Source: Candidatus Desantisbacteria bacterium CG1_02_49_89 (GTDB taxonomy: Bacteria > Desantisbacteria > UBA1551). From it: DNA of 47,550 bases. Positions 8,629 to 17,848 of the stretch are shown piece by piece. Both the position numbers and the translations under genes were made by a program. The stretch's first letter is position 1. Each line of letters opens with the position of its first letter. Below the pieces are notes generated by a model that was given only the letters and a program-made list of their open reading frames with translations, had not been told where the DNA came from and did not search any database. The stretch lies in contig MNUP01000028.1 of NCBI GenBank assembly GCA_001871075.1, positions 1 through 47,550 on the forward strand, written 5' to 3'.

Positions 8629-11600
8629 CGATCATCAGGCATAAAGAGCAGTTTGAGATAGGCGCCGTTTATAGAATGGTATTAAAAAAGGGATTGCCCG
8701 GAACGGCCGGAAATTTAGGCATGGCAGATACCTATGCTTTTTCTTTTTCAACCGTTAATGTTTTTAAATACACGGGCAGCAGGATAATGCACACGACCCC
8801 CGACCTTATCTGGGACCTGCGGCCGAAATTTTATTTCAGCAATCCCGTAAGGATGAAGGATTTTGTAGTGCATTTCCACTCTGAGCCGAAAATTAAATTC
8901 GCGGAATGGTGCAAGGAGGGCACCCATGCGAGCGCTGAGATAGTACCGGATTTCGAACTCCAGGCAGCCAACACTTATACCATTATCCTGGATCCCGACC
9001 TTCAGGACGAATTCGGCAACCGGCTGGGAGAAGAAGTGAAGATCCTTTTAATTGTAGGAAACTGGCTGCCGCGCGCGATCATCACGCCGGGCTTCGGTAT
9101 CATTGAATCATATATGAAACACCAGTATCCGCTTTTCTGCATGAATATCGGCAGGATCGGCCTGAAGATGAAAGGGATGGCGCCGGACAGCATTATCCCG
9201 TATTTCAACTATGGCTACGGATGGGTCTATACAAGGCCGCTTCCAGTTCCCGAGGCATTCTGGTCCGTGAACAGGATATGGGATATAAAGTCACCCCTGA
9301 ACAAAGGCTATACTTTGCCGGTAGAAACAGACGAGGCAGCAAACCTGGATAAACAGAGCACAGTCCTGCTGCTACTGGACTGCCTTGAAGAGAATTTAAG
9401 TGCCAATAATTGGTATTTCGGAAGCAGGCGTTACCAGAGCGCCATGCTTCAGATAACGGGCATGGGTATCAGCGCAAAGTTTTCTCCCTACAGTAATCTG
9501 GTATTCGTAACGAGATTGCTGGATTCCGTTCCTCTGCCAAAGGCAAAGGTAGAAATAAGGGATAAGGAAAACCGCGTTCTGTGGACCGGGCTCACCGACA
9601 ACAACGGGGTCTGCATAACGCCGGGCTGGAAAAAACTGGGATTGAGCATAGATCCGGAAAATCCCTGGCAGAAACCGATGCAGTGGGTATTCGTCTATCG
9701 CGGCATAAACTTTGCCTTTATTAATTCTGAGTGGGAATCGGGCATCTTTCCGTGGAGGTTCCATGTAAACTATGATTGGTACAACGCTCCGCAGGACATG
9801 GCAGGATACGTGTATACGGAAAAGGGGATCTACCGCCCGGGGGAAACCGTCCACATAAAATGCTGCGTGCGCGAGAAGGAGGACAGGGCCTGGAACATAC
9901 CTTCCGGGTGCACCATGGTAATGAGGATAACGGATTCAAGGGGAGAGGAATTCTTAAAGAGGAAGGTAAACCTTTCCGGTTTCGGCTCTTTCTCGGAGGA
10001 CGTAAAGATCCCGCAGGCGGCAGCGCTCGGTTACTACACTATCAAGATAAGATTCCCGAAGGAAAAGCCCGGTGAGCAGGAAAAACCCTGGGATGACTGG
10101 CGCGAAGCGAACTATGTAGCGGGGACCTTCAGGGTCGCGGAATACAGGCCCGCGCAGTTCGAGGTTAACGCGAGGGTTTCAAAGGACAGCTACGTGTTCG
10201 GAGACACCGCGAGCGGGAAAATAGAAGGAAGATACCTGTTCGGCGCGTCCATGTCGGGCTGTAACGTCAGGTGGAATATATTCAGGAACCGTTCTTATTA
10301 CGAACCGCCCGGGCACAAAGGCTATTATTTCCAGGGAAACTGGTGGACTGACGAGGGATCAGGGGCGCGGGAAGGACTTATTACGCAGGGTTCCGGGGTG
10401 CTGGACAGCCTTGGCACGGTTGACGTGAACTTCAGGCTTGACGGCAGGAATTACTCCGGGACGGCGCGGTATATGCTGGAAGGAACAGTGCAGGACCTTG
10501 ACCGGCAGCAGATCACGGGCAGGGCAGGCACCACGGTCCACCGCGGGACTTATTACATAGGCGTAAAGCCGTCCTCGACCTTCCTTGAGAAGGGAGATCC
10601 GGTAAAACTCCAGATCATTGCCTGCGACATAAACGGCGAGACTATTGCGGGCAGGGAACTCAGGCTAAACCTGGTCCACAGCGAGTGGTGCTCAACATAC
10701 AGGGCTGAGGTAGGCGGCAGGTACCACTGGGTGACCGAAAAGAAGGATACGATAGAAGACACCAGGTTTATCACCACTGCCCTCATTCCCGCGGAGGTGG
10801 ACCTGAAACCCGATAGTATTGGTTATTATATCGTCCGTGTTGAGGGAAATGACGAGCGGGGTAATCCCGTAAAGTCAGGCTGTTATTTTTATATTACCGG
10901 ATCCGGGTATACTGCCTGGGAGAGGAATAACGACGATATCATTGAACTTGTCGCGGATTCCCAAAAATACAAACCGGGAGACACCGCAAAGGTGCTCGTA
11001 AAGTCACCCTACGAATCCTGCTCCGCGCTTGTCACGCTTGAAAGGGAAGGTATTATTGACAACTGGGTCACGAAACTGTACGGGAGCGCCGACAGGATAG
11101 AGATCAAGCTTACAGAGGACCATCTTCCGAACGTTTTTGTTTCTGTCCTGCTTCTCCAGGGCAGGGCAGGAGAGAAGAAACTCTCGGAAGAAGGCGAAGA
11201 TGTCGGCAAGCCGTCTTTCAAGATAGGATACGCGAATTTACTGGTTGACCCCGGGACGAAGCATCTTCAGATAGACGTAAAGACCAACAGGAAAGATTAC
11301 CGTCCCGGCGACGAGGTAAGGGCCGAGGTGAAGGTAAAAGACGCCCTGGGCAGGGGAATAGAATCCGAAATATCCCTGGCCGCGGTTGACGAGGGAGTGC
11401 TGAGCCTGATAGGATACCGGACGCCTGACCCGTTTCCCGCTTTTTACGGCCCGCGGCCGCTTTCCGTCAAAACCGTGGAAATGCGGGCAGGGATAGTAGG
11501 GCAGAGGAATTACGGCGAGAAGGGCGAGGACAGGGGCGGAGGCGGCGGCCTGGGCATGGCAGGTTTTGATATCAGGAAGAAGTTCGAGGCGTGCGCTTAC

Positions 11601-13688
11601 TGGAACCCGTCCATTATTACCGACGGGTCGGGCAGCGCGGCCGTTAAATTCAGGCTGCCCGATAATCTGACCACCTTCAGGATAATGGCAGTTGCGGGCA
11701 CAAAGGATTCGCTTTTTGGCAGCGGAGACTCAAAGATCAAGACGAACAAGCCGTTGATGCTGAGGCCTGCGTTTCCCAGGTTCGCGCGGCTCGGTGACGA
11801 ATTCGAAGCAGGTGCGGTGGTCCACAACTATACAGGCAAGGGCGGGACGGTAACGCTGGCGGTTTCGGCGGAAGGCATCAAACTGAAAAGCGGAGCGGTG
11901 AGAACCTTTTATCTTGCAAACAACGAAGGCGCAGAGTTCAGGTATCCTTTCGGCGCTGACCGGATAGGCAGGGCTGTTTTTACTTTTAAGGCGGTCCTGG
12001 ATTCTGAAAAGGACGCAGTCAGCATATCCATTCCCCTGAATCTTCCGAAACCTACCGAATCGGTCGGCCTGTTCGGAAGCACGACAGGCGAGCAGAGGGA
12101 GTGGATCGAGATCCCGGAAGACTTCATACCGGGAGTAGGCGGGGTGACCTTTACTGCCGCGTCAACGGCAATGGTCGACCTTGCCAAATGCTCAGAGTAC
12201 CTGTTCAATTATCCTTACGGTTGTCTCGAACAGCGCCTTTCCAGGGTGCTGCCGATGATCTTGTTCGGAAAGGTCGTGGACGCTTTCAAGCTGCCGGGGC
12301 TTGTGGAAAGAGATTATCACCAGGTCATACAGGAAGACCTTAATAAAATGGTGTCTTTCCAGCTCCCGAACGGCGGGATGGCAGCCTGGGTTGACAGCGC
12401 CTATGACAATCCGTATATCTCCGCGTACGCTCTGTTCGCGATGCACAAGGCAAGGCAGGAGGGTTACAGGGTTGACGAAAGAATGATGCAGAAAACCAAA
12501 GATTACCTGATCAACGTTCTCAGGAACAAGGCAAACCGCTCGTATTATCCATACTCACGCGTCTGCTGGAATTACACAGACTGTTTCATACTGCAGGCCC
12601 TGGCAACCTGCGGTATCTACGAGCCTGCTTTAGCTGAATACCTGTATAATTACAGGTCTGAACTTCCCTATTTCGCGCTGGCCATGCTCTGGAAGGCGAT
12701 CGTGATAGGCAAGGGGAACCAGAATATGGCGCAGGTGCTCAGGCAGATGATAGATAACGGAATGAAGATCGACAGCACCACCGCGCATTTTGAGGAGCCG
12801 GACAGGGAAGGCCTTGGATGGGTTTTCCATTCAAACACCCGCACGACCGCGGCGGTCCTGCAGGCATTTCTTGAGATGGATAAGGCCCATCCTGCAGCGG
12901 AGAAAATGGCCAGGTGGCTGCTGCAGGCAAGGAAAAGAGGCGTATGGCGGTCCACGCAGGAGAACCTGTACGTGTTCTGGGCGCTCGCAACTTATTTTGA
13001 AAGGTATGAAAGCGAGACGCCGGATTTCACTGCCGGCATAAAGGTGGAACAGAAGGAAATGCTCTCGGATATTTTTAAGGGCAGGTCCCTTAAAACAAAC
13101 CGCAAAATAATCCCGCTTGAAAATTTCACAAAAGGCAAGACTTTGCCGATGCTGTACACCTGCAAGGGCAAGGGCAGGTTTTACTTCGGGACCTGGCTGA
13201 CCTACGCCCCTAAGAAGGAAATTCCCGCCAAAGACGAGGGTTTTTCCGTCCAGAGGCTGGTTGAAACAATGGATGGAAAACCCGCGGACCTTGCAAAGGT
13301 AAAAGCGGGAACGATGCTCAGGATAAGAATAATAGTATCCACGACGCGGGACAGGAACTACGTTGTGGTTGACGACCCGATCCCCGGCGGATTTGAACCG
13401 GTGGACACCACCCTTAAGACAGAGTCAAGGCTTGAAGGTTTCCAGTCCCGGTCCGAGGACAGGTTCGGCAACCGCCGCTGGTGGGGTTCGTTCAACCGGA
13501 GCGAGCTCTATGACGACAGGGTGGTGATATTTGCCGATTACATGAACGCGGGGGTCCACAACTATTCATACCTCGTAAGGGCGACAACCTACGGCGGGTT
13601 CCGCGCGCCTGCCACCAAGGCAGAGGAGATGTACGCTCCAGAAGTGTTCGGGTATGGAACCGCGTACAACGTGACGATCGTAAAATAA
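8586..13688 (+). CDS. Bacterial alpha-2-macroglobulin (YfhM-like), main part
   Basis: YTEKGIYRPGETVH MG2 motif, Gly-rich bait region, LPDNLTTFRIMA, thioester motif YPYGCLEQ, AEEMYAPEVFG C-terminus; adjacent to pbpC. Confidence 0.93.
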   Translation: MEKSWQWIPSPDRIAIIRHKEQFEIGAVYRMVLKKGLPGTAGNLGMADTYAFSFSTVNVFKYTGSRIMHTTPDLIWDLRPKFYFSNPVRMKDFVVHFHSEPKIKFAEWCKEGTHASAEIVPDFELQAANTYTIILDPDLQDEFGNRLGEEVKILLIVGNWLPRAIITPGFGIIESYMKHQYPLFCMNIGRIGLKMKGMAPDSIIPYFNYGYGWVYTRPLPVPEAFWSVNRIWDIKSPLNKGYTLPVETDEAANLDKQSTVLLLLDCLEENLSANNWYFGSRRYQSAMLQITGMGISAKFSPYSNLVFVTRLLDSVPLPKAKVEIRDKENRVLWTGLTDNNGVCITPGWKKLGLSIDPENPWQKPMQWVFVYRGINFAFINSEWESGIFPWRFHVNYDWYNAPQDMAGYVYTEKGIYRPGETVHIKCCVREKEDRAWNIPSGCTMVMRITDSRGEEFLKRKVNLSGFGSFSEDVKIPQAAALGYYTIKIRFPKEKPGEQEKPWDDWREANYVAGTFRVAEYRPAQFEVNARVSKDSYVFGDTASGKIEGRYLFGASMSGCNVRWNIFRNRSYYEPPGHKGYYFQGNWWTDEGSGAREGLITQGSGVLDSLGTVDVNFRLDGRNYSGTARYMLEGTVQDLDRQQITGRAGTTVHRGTYYIGVKPSSTFLEKGDPVKLQIIACDINGETIAGRELRLNLVHSEWCSTYRAEVGGRYHWVTEKKDTIEDTRFITTALIPAEVDLKPDSIGYYIVRVEGNDERGNPVKSGCYFYITGSGYTAWERNNDDIIELVADSQKYKPGDTAKVLVKSPYESCSALVTLEREGIIDNWVTKLYGSADRIEIKLTEDHLPNVFVSVLLLQGRAGEKKLSEEGEDVGKPSFKIGYANLLVDPGTKHLQIDVKTNRKDYRPGDEVRAEVKVKDALGRGIESEISLAAVDEGVLSLIGYRTPDPFPAFYGPRPLSVKTVEMRAGIVGQRNYGEKGEDRGGGGGLGMAGFDIRKKFEACAYWNPSIITDGSGSAAVKFRLPDNLTTFRIMAVAGTKDSLFGSGDSKIKTNKPLMLRPAFPRFARLGDEFEAGAVVHNYTGKGGTVTLAVSAEGIKLKSGAVRTFYLANNEGAEFRYPFGADRIGRAVFTFKAVLDSEKDAVSISIPLNLPKPTESVGLFGSTTGEQREWIEIPEDFIPGVGGVTFTAASTAMVDLAKCSEYLFNYPYGCLEQRLSRVLPMILFGKVVDAFKLPGLVERDYHQVIQEDLNKMVSFQLPNGGMAAWVDSAYDNPYISAYALFAMHKARQEGYRVDERMMQKTKDYLINVLRNKANRSYYPYSRVCWNYTDCFILQALATCGIYEPALAEYLYNYRSELPYFALAMLWKAIVIGKGNQNMAQVLRQMIDNGMKIDSTTAHFEEPDREGLGWVFHSNTRTTAAVLQAFLEMDKAHPAAEKMARWLLQARKRGVWRSTQENLYVFWALATYFERYESETPDFTAGIKVEQKEMLSDIFKGRSLKTNRKIIPLENFTKGKTLPMLYTCKGKGRFYFGTWLTYAPKKEIPAKDEGFSVQRLVETMDGKPADLAKVKAGTMLRIRIIVSTTRDRNYVVVDDPIPGGFEPVDTTLKTESRLEGFQSRSEDRFGNRRWWGSFNRSELYDDRVVIFADYMNAGVHNYSYLVRATTYGGFRAPATKAEEMYAPEVFGYGTAYNVTIVK

Positions 13689-13727
13689 TTTTAAAAATAA
13701 AAGTCCGGACCGGAACGGAAGGAAGGT

Positions 13728-16163
13728 ATGATCAAAAAAATAGGACGGGCCAAAAAAATATTCATCTTTTCGTCCTGCCTTATAATTGCCGGGGCGGCGG
13801 TGTCTGCCTGGCTGTGGACGTTCATTCCTTTCCCCGGTGAACTGCTGAACCTGCGATCAAAAATATCCCTGCGGATACTTGACCGCAACGGGATCCTGCT
13901 CAGGGAGGTCCTGTCCGACGACAGCGGAAAAGGCCAGTGGGTCGGCCTGGATAGGATCCCGGCGCACATGATAAACGCTTCCGTAGCCGCCGAAGACGCA
14001 AGGTTTTACTCGCACGCAGGGATTGATTTCCTTGCAACTATAAGGGCGGTCATGCAGAACGCGAGTAAACGCAGGATCGTGTCAGGCGGTTCGACCATAA
14101 CGCAGCAGGTAATGCGCAACATATTCCATTTTCCGAGGGATTTGCCGCACAAAGCCCTGGAAGCCTTATATGCAATAAGGCTTGAGCGTTCTCTAAAAAA
14201 GGAAGAGATCGTCGCTCAATACCTTAATTTGGCTCCCTACGGGAACCAGGTCTACGGCATTGAAGCAGCGTCAAGGCTCTATTTCCAGAAACCGGCGTTC
14301 TACCTTTCTCTCGCGGAATGCTGTTTTCTTGCCGCAATTCCCAAATCCCCGGTGGAATTCAATCCTTATTCAAATTTCAAAAGGACAAAAAACCGGCAAA
14401 GGGAGATCCTTTCCAGGATGTATGAAAAGGGTTTCGTTGACAGGGATTCGTTTAAAAGGGCGATAAAAGAGCGGGTAAATATTGTGCCTCCTGAAAAATG
14501 CTTCCGTGCTCCGCATTTTTGCGAATGGGTGCTTTCGCAGCTGAGCGCGGAACAGAAACAGGGCATAAAAACGATCGTGACAAGCCTTGATTACTACATC
14601 CAGAAGGAAGTCGAGGGATTTACCGCGCAGCAGATAAAAACCCTGAAGGACCAGGGCGTTACGAACGGAGCAGTTACGGTTATCGATAACAGAACCGGGG
14701 AAATAATTGCGATGGTCGGTTCGGCTGATTTTTTCAGCCGTTTCATCGGCGGGCAGGTTAATGGCGTGCTTGCTCTCAGGCAGCCGGGTTCAACACTGAA
14801 GCCCTTTACGTACGGGCTTGCCCTGGAATCGGGAATGACACCAGCCAGCATCATACCTGACATCCCCACTTTTTTACAGACCGCAAACGGTAAATTCGCT
14901 CCAGAGAACTATGACAAGAAATACCACGGCCCGGTACGGATGAGAACGGCGCTCTCATGCTCTTATAATGTACCCGCGGTGCGCACGGCGGACAGGATAG
15001 GAATAAATGCGCTGCTGGAAAAATTAAGGGCCGGAGGATTCAAAAGCTTAAATAAGAGCGCGGAATTCTACGGGCCGGGACTTACTCTCGGAAGCGGAGA
15101 AATTACGCTGCTGGAACTGGCTAACGGGTACAGGTCCTTTGCGCTTAATGGCGTGTATTCAGAATACAGGTCCATACTGGGCATGAAGGGACTGCAGGGC
15201 GAAGAGGTCCAATATTTTTCAGACACTGGGACAAGGGTTGTTTTCTCTCCTCAGATAGCATGGGTTGTTACCGACATGATCTCCGACCAGGGCGCGAGGA
15301 TCCCTGCTTTTGGGGAAGGCGGACCGCTTTCCTTCCCGTTCCCATGCGCCTGCAAGACGGGAACCTCCAAGGATTACAGGGATAACTGGACGGTCGGTTT
15401 TACCCCAAGGTATACAATTGGCGTGTGGGTGGGGAATTTTAACGGGGAACCGATGTACAGTGTTTCGGGTGTCACCGGGGCGGCCCCGCTTTTCCACGAG
15501 ATCATGATATTTCTTGAGAGAAATAAGCCGGCGCTTGCTTTCTGCGAACCGGCGGGGATCGTGCACGGCAGGATCTGTCCGCTATCAGGGCTGATCCCGG
15601 GACCCAATTGCCCATACAGTATGGATGAGGTTTTTTTTGACGGAACCCAACCGGGAAGCACCTGCGATTTCCATAGAACCTACAGAATTGATGCGAGGAA
15701 CGAACTGCTTGCAGGAGAGAACTGCCCCGAGGAATATGCGGAAATGAGACTGTATGAAGTCATGCCCCCGGAATTTAAATCCTGGGCAAAAAAAGAAGGT
15801 TATACGTTCCCCCCGACTACCTTATCGCTTCTTGGTCCCGATACCGTTGCCAAGGAATCCTGTTTTAAGGGATCAAAATACCAGCCTGAAAATCTTTCTA
15901 TAGCTTTTCCTGTTGACGAGAGCGTTTTTAAGATCGACCCTATACTGCGGCGCGAGTACCAGGCGATAAAATTTACCGCAACGGTGCCTGAAAAATTCAG
16001 CCAGGTGGTCTGGAAGGTTGACGGGGAGACTATTGCGACCGTCGGGGAACCTTATGCCGCATGGTGGAACCTTACTCCGGGCAGGCATAAAATTGAAGCG
16101 GTGGGAATTGCCGGAAGGAACAAGCCTGCACACAGTTCAGTCAGGATCATTGTCCTGAATTGA
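13728..16163 (+). CDS. pbpC: Penicillin-binding protein 1C
   Basis: EDARFYSH and GGSTITQQ transglycosylase motifs, STLK (SxxK), SYN and KTG transpeptidase motifs, C-terminal BiPBP-like domain; canonical position after A2M. Confidence 0.93.
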   Translation: MIKKIGRAKKIFIFSSCLIIAGAAVSAWLWTFIPFPGELLNLRSKISLRILDRNGILLREVLSDDSGKGQWVGLDRIPAHMINASVAAEDARFYSHAGIDFLATIRAVMQNASKRRIVSGGSTITQQVMRNIFHFPRDLPHKALEALYAIRLERSLKKEEIVAQYLNLAPYGNQVYGIEAASRLYFQKPAFYLSLAECCFLAAIPKSPVEFNPYSNFKRTKNRQREILSRMYEKGFVDRDSFKRAIKERVNIVPPEKCFRAPHFCEWVLSQLSAEQKQGIKTIVTSLDYYIQKEVEGFTAQQIKTLKDQGVTNGAVTVIDNRTGEIIAMVGSADFFSRFIGGQVNGVLALRQPGSTLKPFTYGLALESGMTPASIIPDIPTFLQTANGKFAPENYDKKYHGPVRMRTALSCSYNVPAVRTADRIGINALLEKLRAGGFKSLNKSAEFYGPGLTLGSGEITLLELANGYRSFALNGVYSEYRSILGMKGLQGEEVQYFSDTGTRVVFSPQIAWVVTDMISDQGARIPAFGEGGPLSFPFPCACKTGTSKDYRDNWTVGFTPRYTIGVWVGNFNGEPMYSVSGVTGAAPLFHEIMIFLERNKPALAFCEPAGIVHGRICPLSGLIPGPNCPYSMDEVFFDGTQPGSTCDFHRTYRIDARNELLAGENCPEEYAEMRLYEVMPPEFKSWAKKEGYTFPPTTLSLLGPDTVAKESCFKGSKYQPENLSIAFPVDESVFKIDPILRREYQAIKFTATVPEKFSQVVWKVDGETIATVGEPYAAWWNLTPGRHKIEAVGIAGRNKPAHSSVRIIVLN

Positions 16164-16209
16164 AGCGGTTTAATAGCCGGGGTCAGGTCTTTTAAATACA
16201 GTCATGCGT

Positions 16210-16281
16210 CCCGCCTACGTAAAGACTTAGCAAACCCAAGACTTTTCTATTCGAAGAGGGTTTGCTAATACTACGGCGGGC
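16210..16281 (+). repeat. Nested palindromes CCCGCCTACG...CTACGGCGGG containing the 11-bp IR TTAGCAAACCC/GGGTTTGCTAA
   Basis: Absent from the paralogous segment at 7579-7612. Confidence 0.7.
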
Positions 16282-16332
16282 ATGCATGGGTCATAAGTGT
16301 GAGATTGAAAATGAAAAAAGGAGGTGATCAAT

Positions 16333-16383
16333 ATGGGTAAGAAGAAGAGCAGGAAGGAAAACAGGGGCGGGAGAGGAAGGTAA
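16333..16383 (+). CDS. Putative 16-aa basic micropeptide MGKKKSRKENRGGRGR
   Basis: AAGGAGGTGA SD 5 nt before ATG; 14/16 aa identical to 7645-7695. Confidence 0.6.
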   Translation: MGKKKSRKENRGGRGR

Positions 16384-16591
16384 CTAAAGAAACTGATTGT
16401 TCAAAAAAAGGATTGTTCACTGAAAAAGATGGTTCAACTCAACTGATCGTTCAATACAGGGCAATGGAAAAGGGGACAGGCTACTTATTGCAGTCTATTG
16501 AGTCCAAAATTTAGGTACTAAAAACTGGTGCCAGGTCTTCTGTGAACAGTCCTTACTCAAGACCTGGCACTCAATTCTTGCCTATGTATTA

Positions 16592-16719
16592 TCCCTGTAG
16601 CTCCAATCATCCCTCCTACTTTCTTTCGAAAGTGACAGGGGGGACCTGCGCCCGCCAATATTCGTGGCGGGCTTCGGCACAGGGATCTACGAGTCAGAAC
16701 TGGGTTAATGACTCTCCGA
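16592..16719 (+). repeat. Nested mini-elements (inner unit 16610-16677)
   Basis: Outer TCCCTGT/ACAGGGA plus GAGTCA-N12-TGACTC; inner CCCTCCT/AGGGGGG plus GCCCGCC/GGCGGGC-TTCGG. Confidence 0.8.
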
Positions 16720-16726
16720 GGTTTAA

Positions 16727-17389
16727 ATGAAGAAAGTGATCGTGTTCGCGGTAATTATCGGGATGGCCATAGGTTCCGCGGCTTACGCGGAAAAAATGTA
16801 TGAGGGAGAAGATATCCCGAAATACATATATAACCTTAAGGAAGGAAATTTCGCGATCAAGGTGGATGCGGTCCTGTCACTCGGCAAGATAGGAAAACCG
16901 GCGATACCCGCCCTCCTCGAAACCCTCAAGGATAAAAATGATTTTACGAGGGTAGGTTCGGTCCTCGCACTCGGTGAAATAGGGAGCAGGGAAAATATCA
17001 TGTTCCCCGAGCTGATCCAGTCGGTGGCCGATAAGAGCGAGCTTGTCAGGTGGGCGGCAATAGAGGCGCTCGGCGTGATAGGCCTGGCCGCAAAAGACGC
17101 GCTGCCCGCGGTAACCGCCGCGTTAAAAGATAAAACCGAGCTTGTCAGGTGGGCGGCTGCAGACGTCCTGGACGAAATAAGCACGGACGCGAAATCGTCA
17201 GTGCCGGCGCTGATAGAAGCGCTTAAAGACAGCAATAAAAATGTCAGGGAGAATGCCAGCGAATCCCTCGGAGAAATAGGGGATCGGTCCGCGCTTGAGG
17301 CATTGGATCTTTTGGCAAAGAATGACAGAGAAGAATCCGTGAGGAAATCCGCTGAGACGGCAATAGAAAGGATAAGGTCAAAGAAATAA
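16727..17389 (+). CDS. Secreted HEAT/PBS-lyase repeat protein
   Basis: Signal peptide and repeated PALxxALKD...VRxxAAxALGxIG units. Confidence 0.85.
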   Translation: MKKVIVFAVIIGMAIGSAAYAEKMYEGEDIPKYIYNLKEGNFAIKVDAVLSLGKIGKPAIPALLETLKDKNDFTRVGSVLALGEIGSRENIMFPELIQSVADKSELVRWAAIEALGVIGLAAKDALPAVTAALKDKTELVRWAAADVLDEISTDAKSSVPALIEALKDSNKNVRENASESLGEIGDRSALEALDLLAKNDREESVRKSAETAIERIRSKK

Positions 17390-17652
17390 TTTGAAAAATA
17401 GGGACAGTTGTATCAGTTTAATTATTCTGTTACCTAACAAACTATGATATTTAAATAGTTGTTAGGTAATTTTTTTATCCCTGCAAACGTGCGACGAAAC
17501 GTCGTACCCCGCCAAGGTAATTGGCGGGCGCAGCGCTACATTACTACAAGATTGCTTCGCTACGCCCGCAATGACACGCAAGGCTCCCTCCTGACAAAAT
17601 TGGCGGGTCTTCGAAAAGCCTTGCCCTACGAAAGAATAAATCGGGGGCGGCT

Positions 17653-17816
17653 TGGTTTTTTCCTTGACCCCTGCTAATTTCTTCGAAATTAAGCTGCTGG
17701 GGTCTGCGTCTCTGGGTTCATAAGTGTGGTTTTTTCCTTGACCCCTGCTAATTTCTTCGAAATTAAGCTGCTGGGGTCTGCGTCTCTGGGTTCATAAGTG
17801 TGGTTTTTTCCTTGAC
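17653..17816 (+). repeat. Tandem repeat, 74-nt period, about 2.2 copies
   Basis: TGGTTTTTTCCTTGAC at 17653, 17727 and 17801 with identical intervening hairpin units. Confidence 0.95.
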
Positions 17817-17840
17817 AAATGTCAAAAAATAACGTATAAT
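17812..17840 (+). promoter_or_regulatory. Consensus sigma70 promoter, probably giving a leaderless or near-leaderless mRNA
   Basis: TTGACA (17812-17817), 17 nt, TATAAT (17835-17840); ATG 8 nt later with no SD. Confidence 0.8.
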
Positions 17841-17848
17841 GTTATAAA

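Noticed and set aside
17653-17816. CRISPR array
   Set aside because: The sequences between the repeats are identical, so this is a tandem duplication; no cas genes are present.
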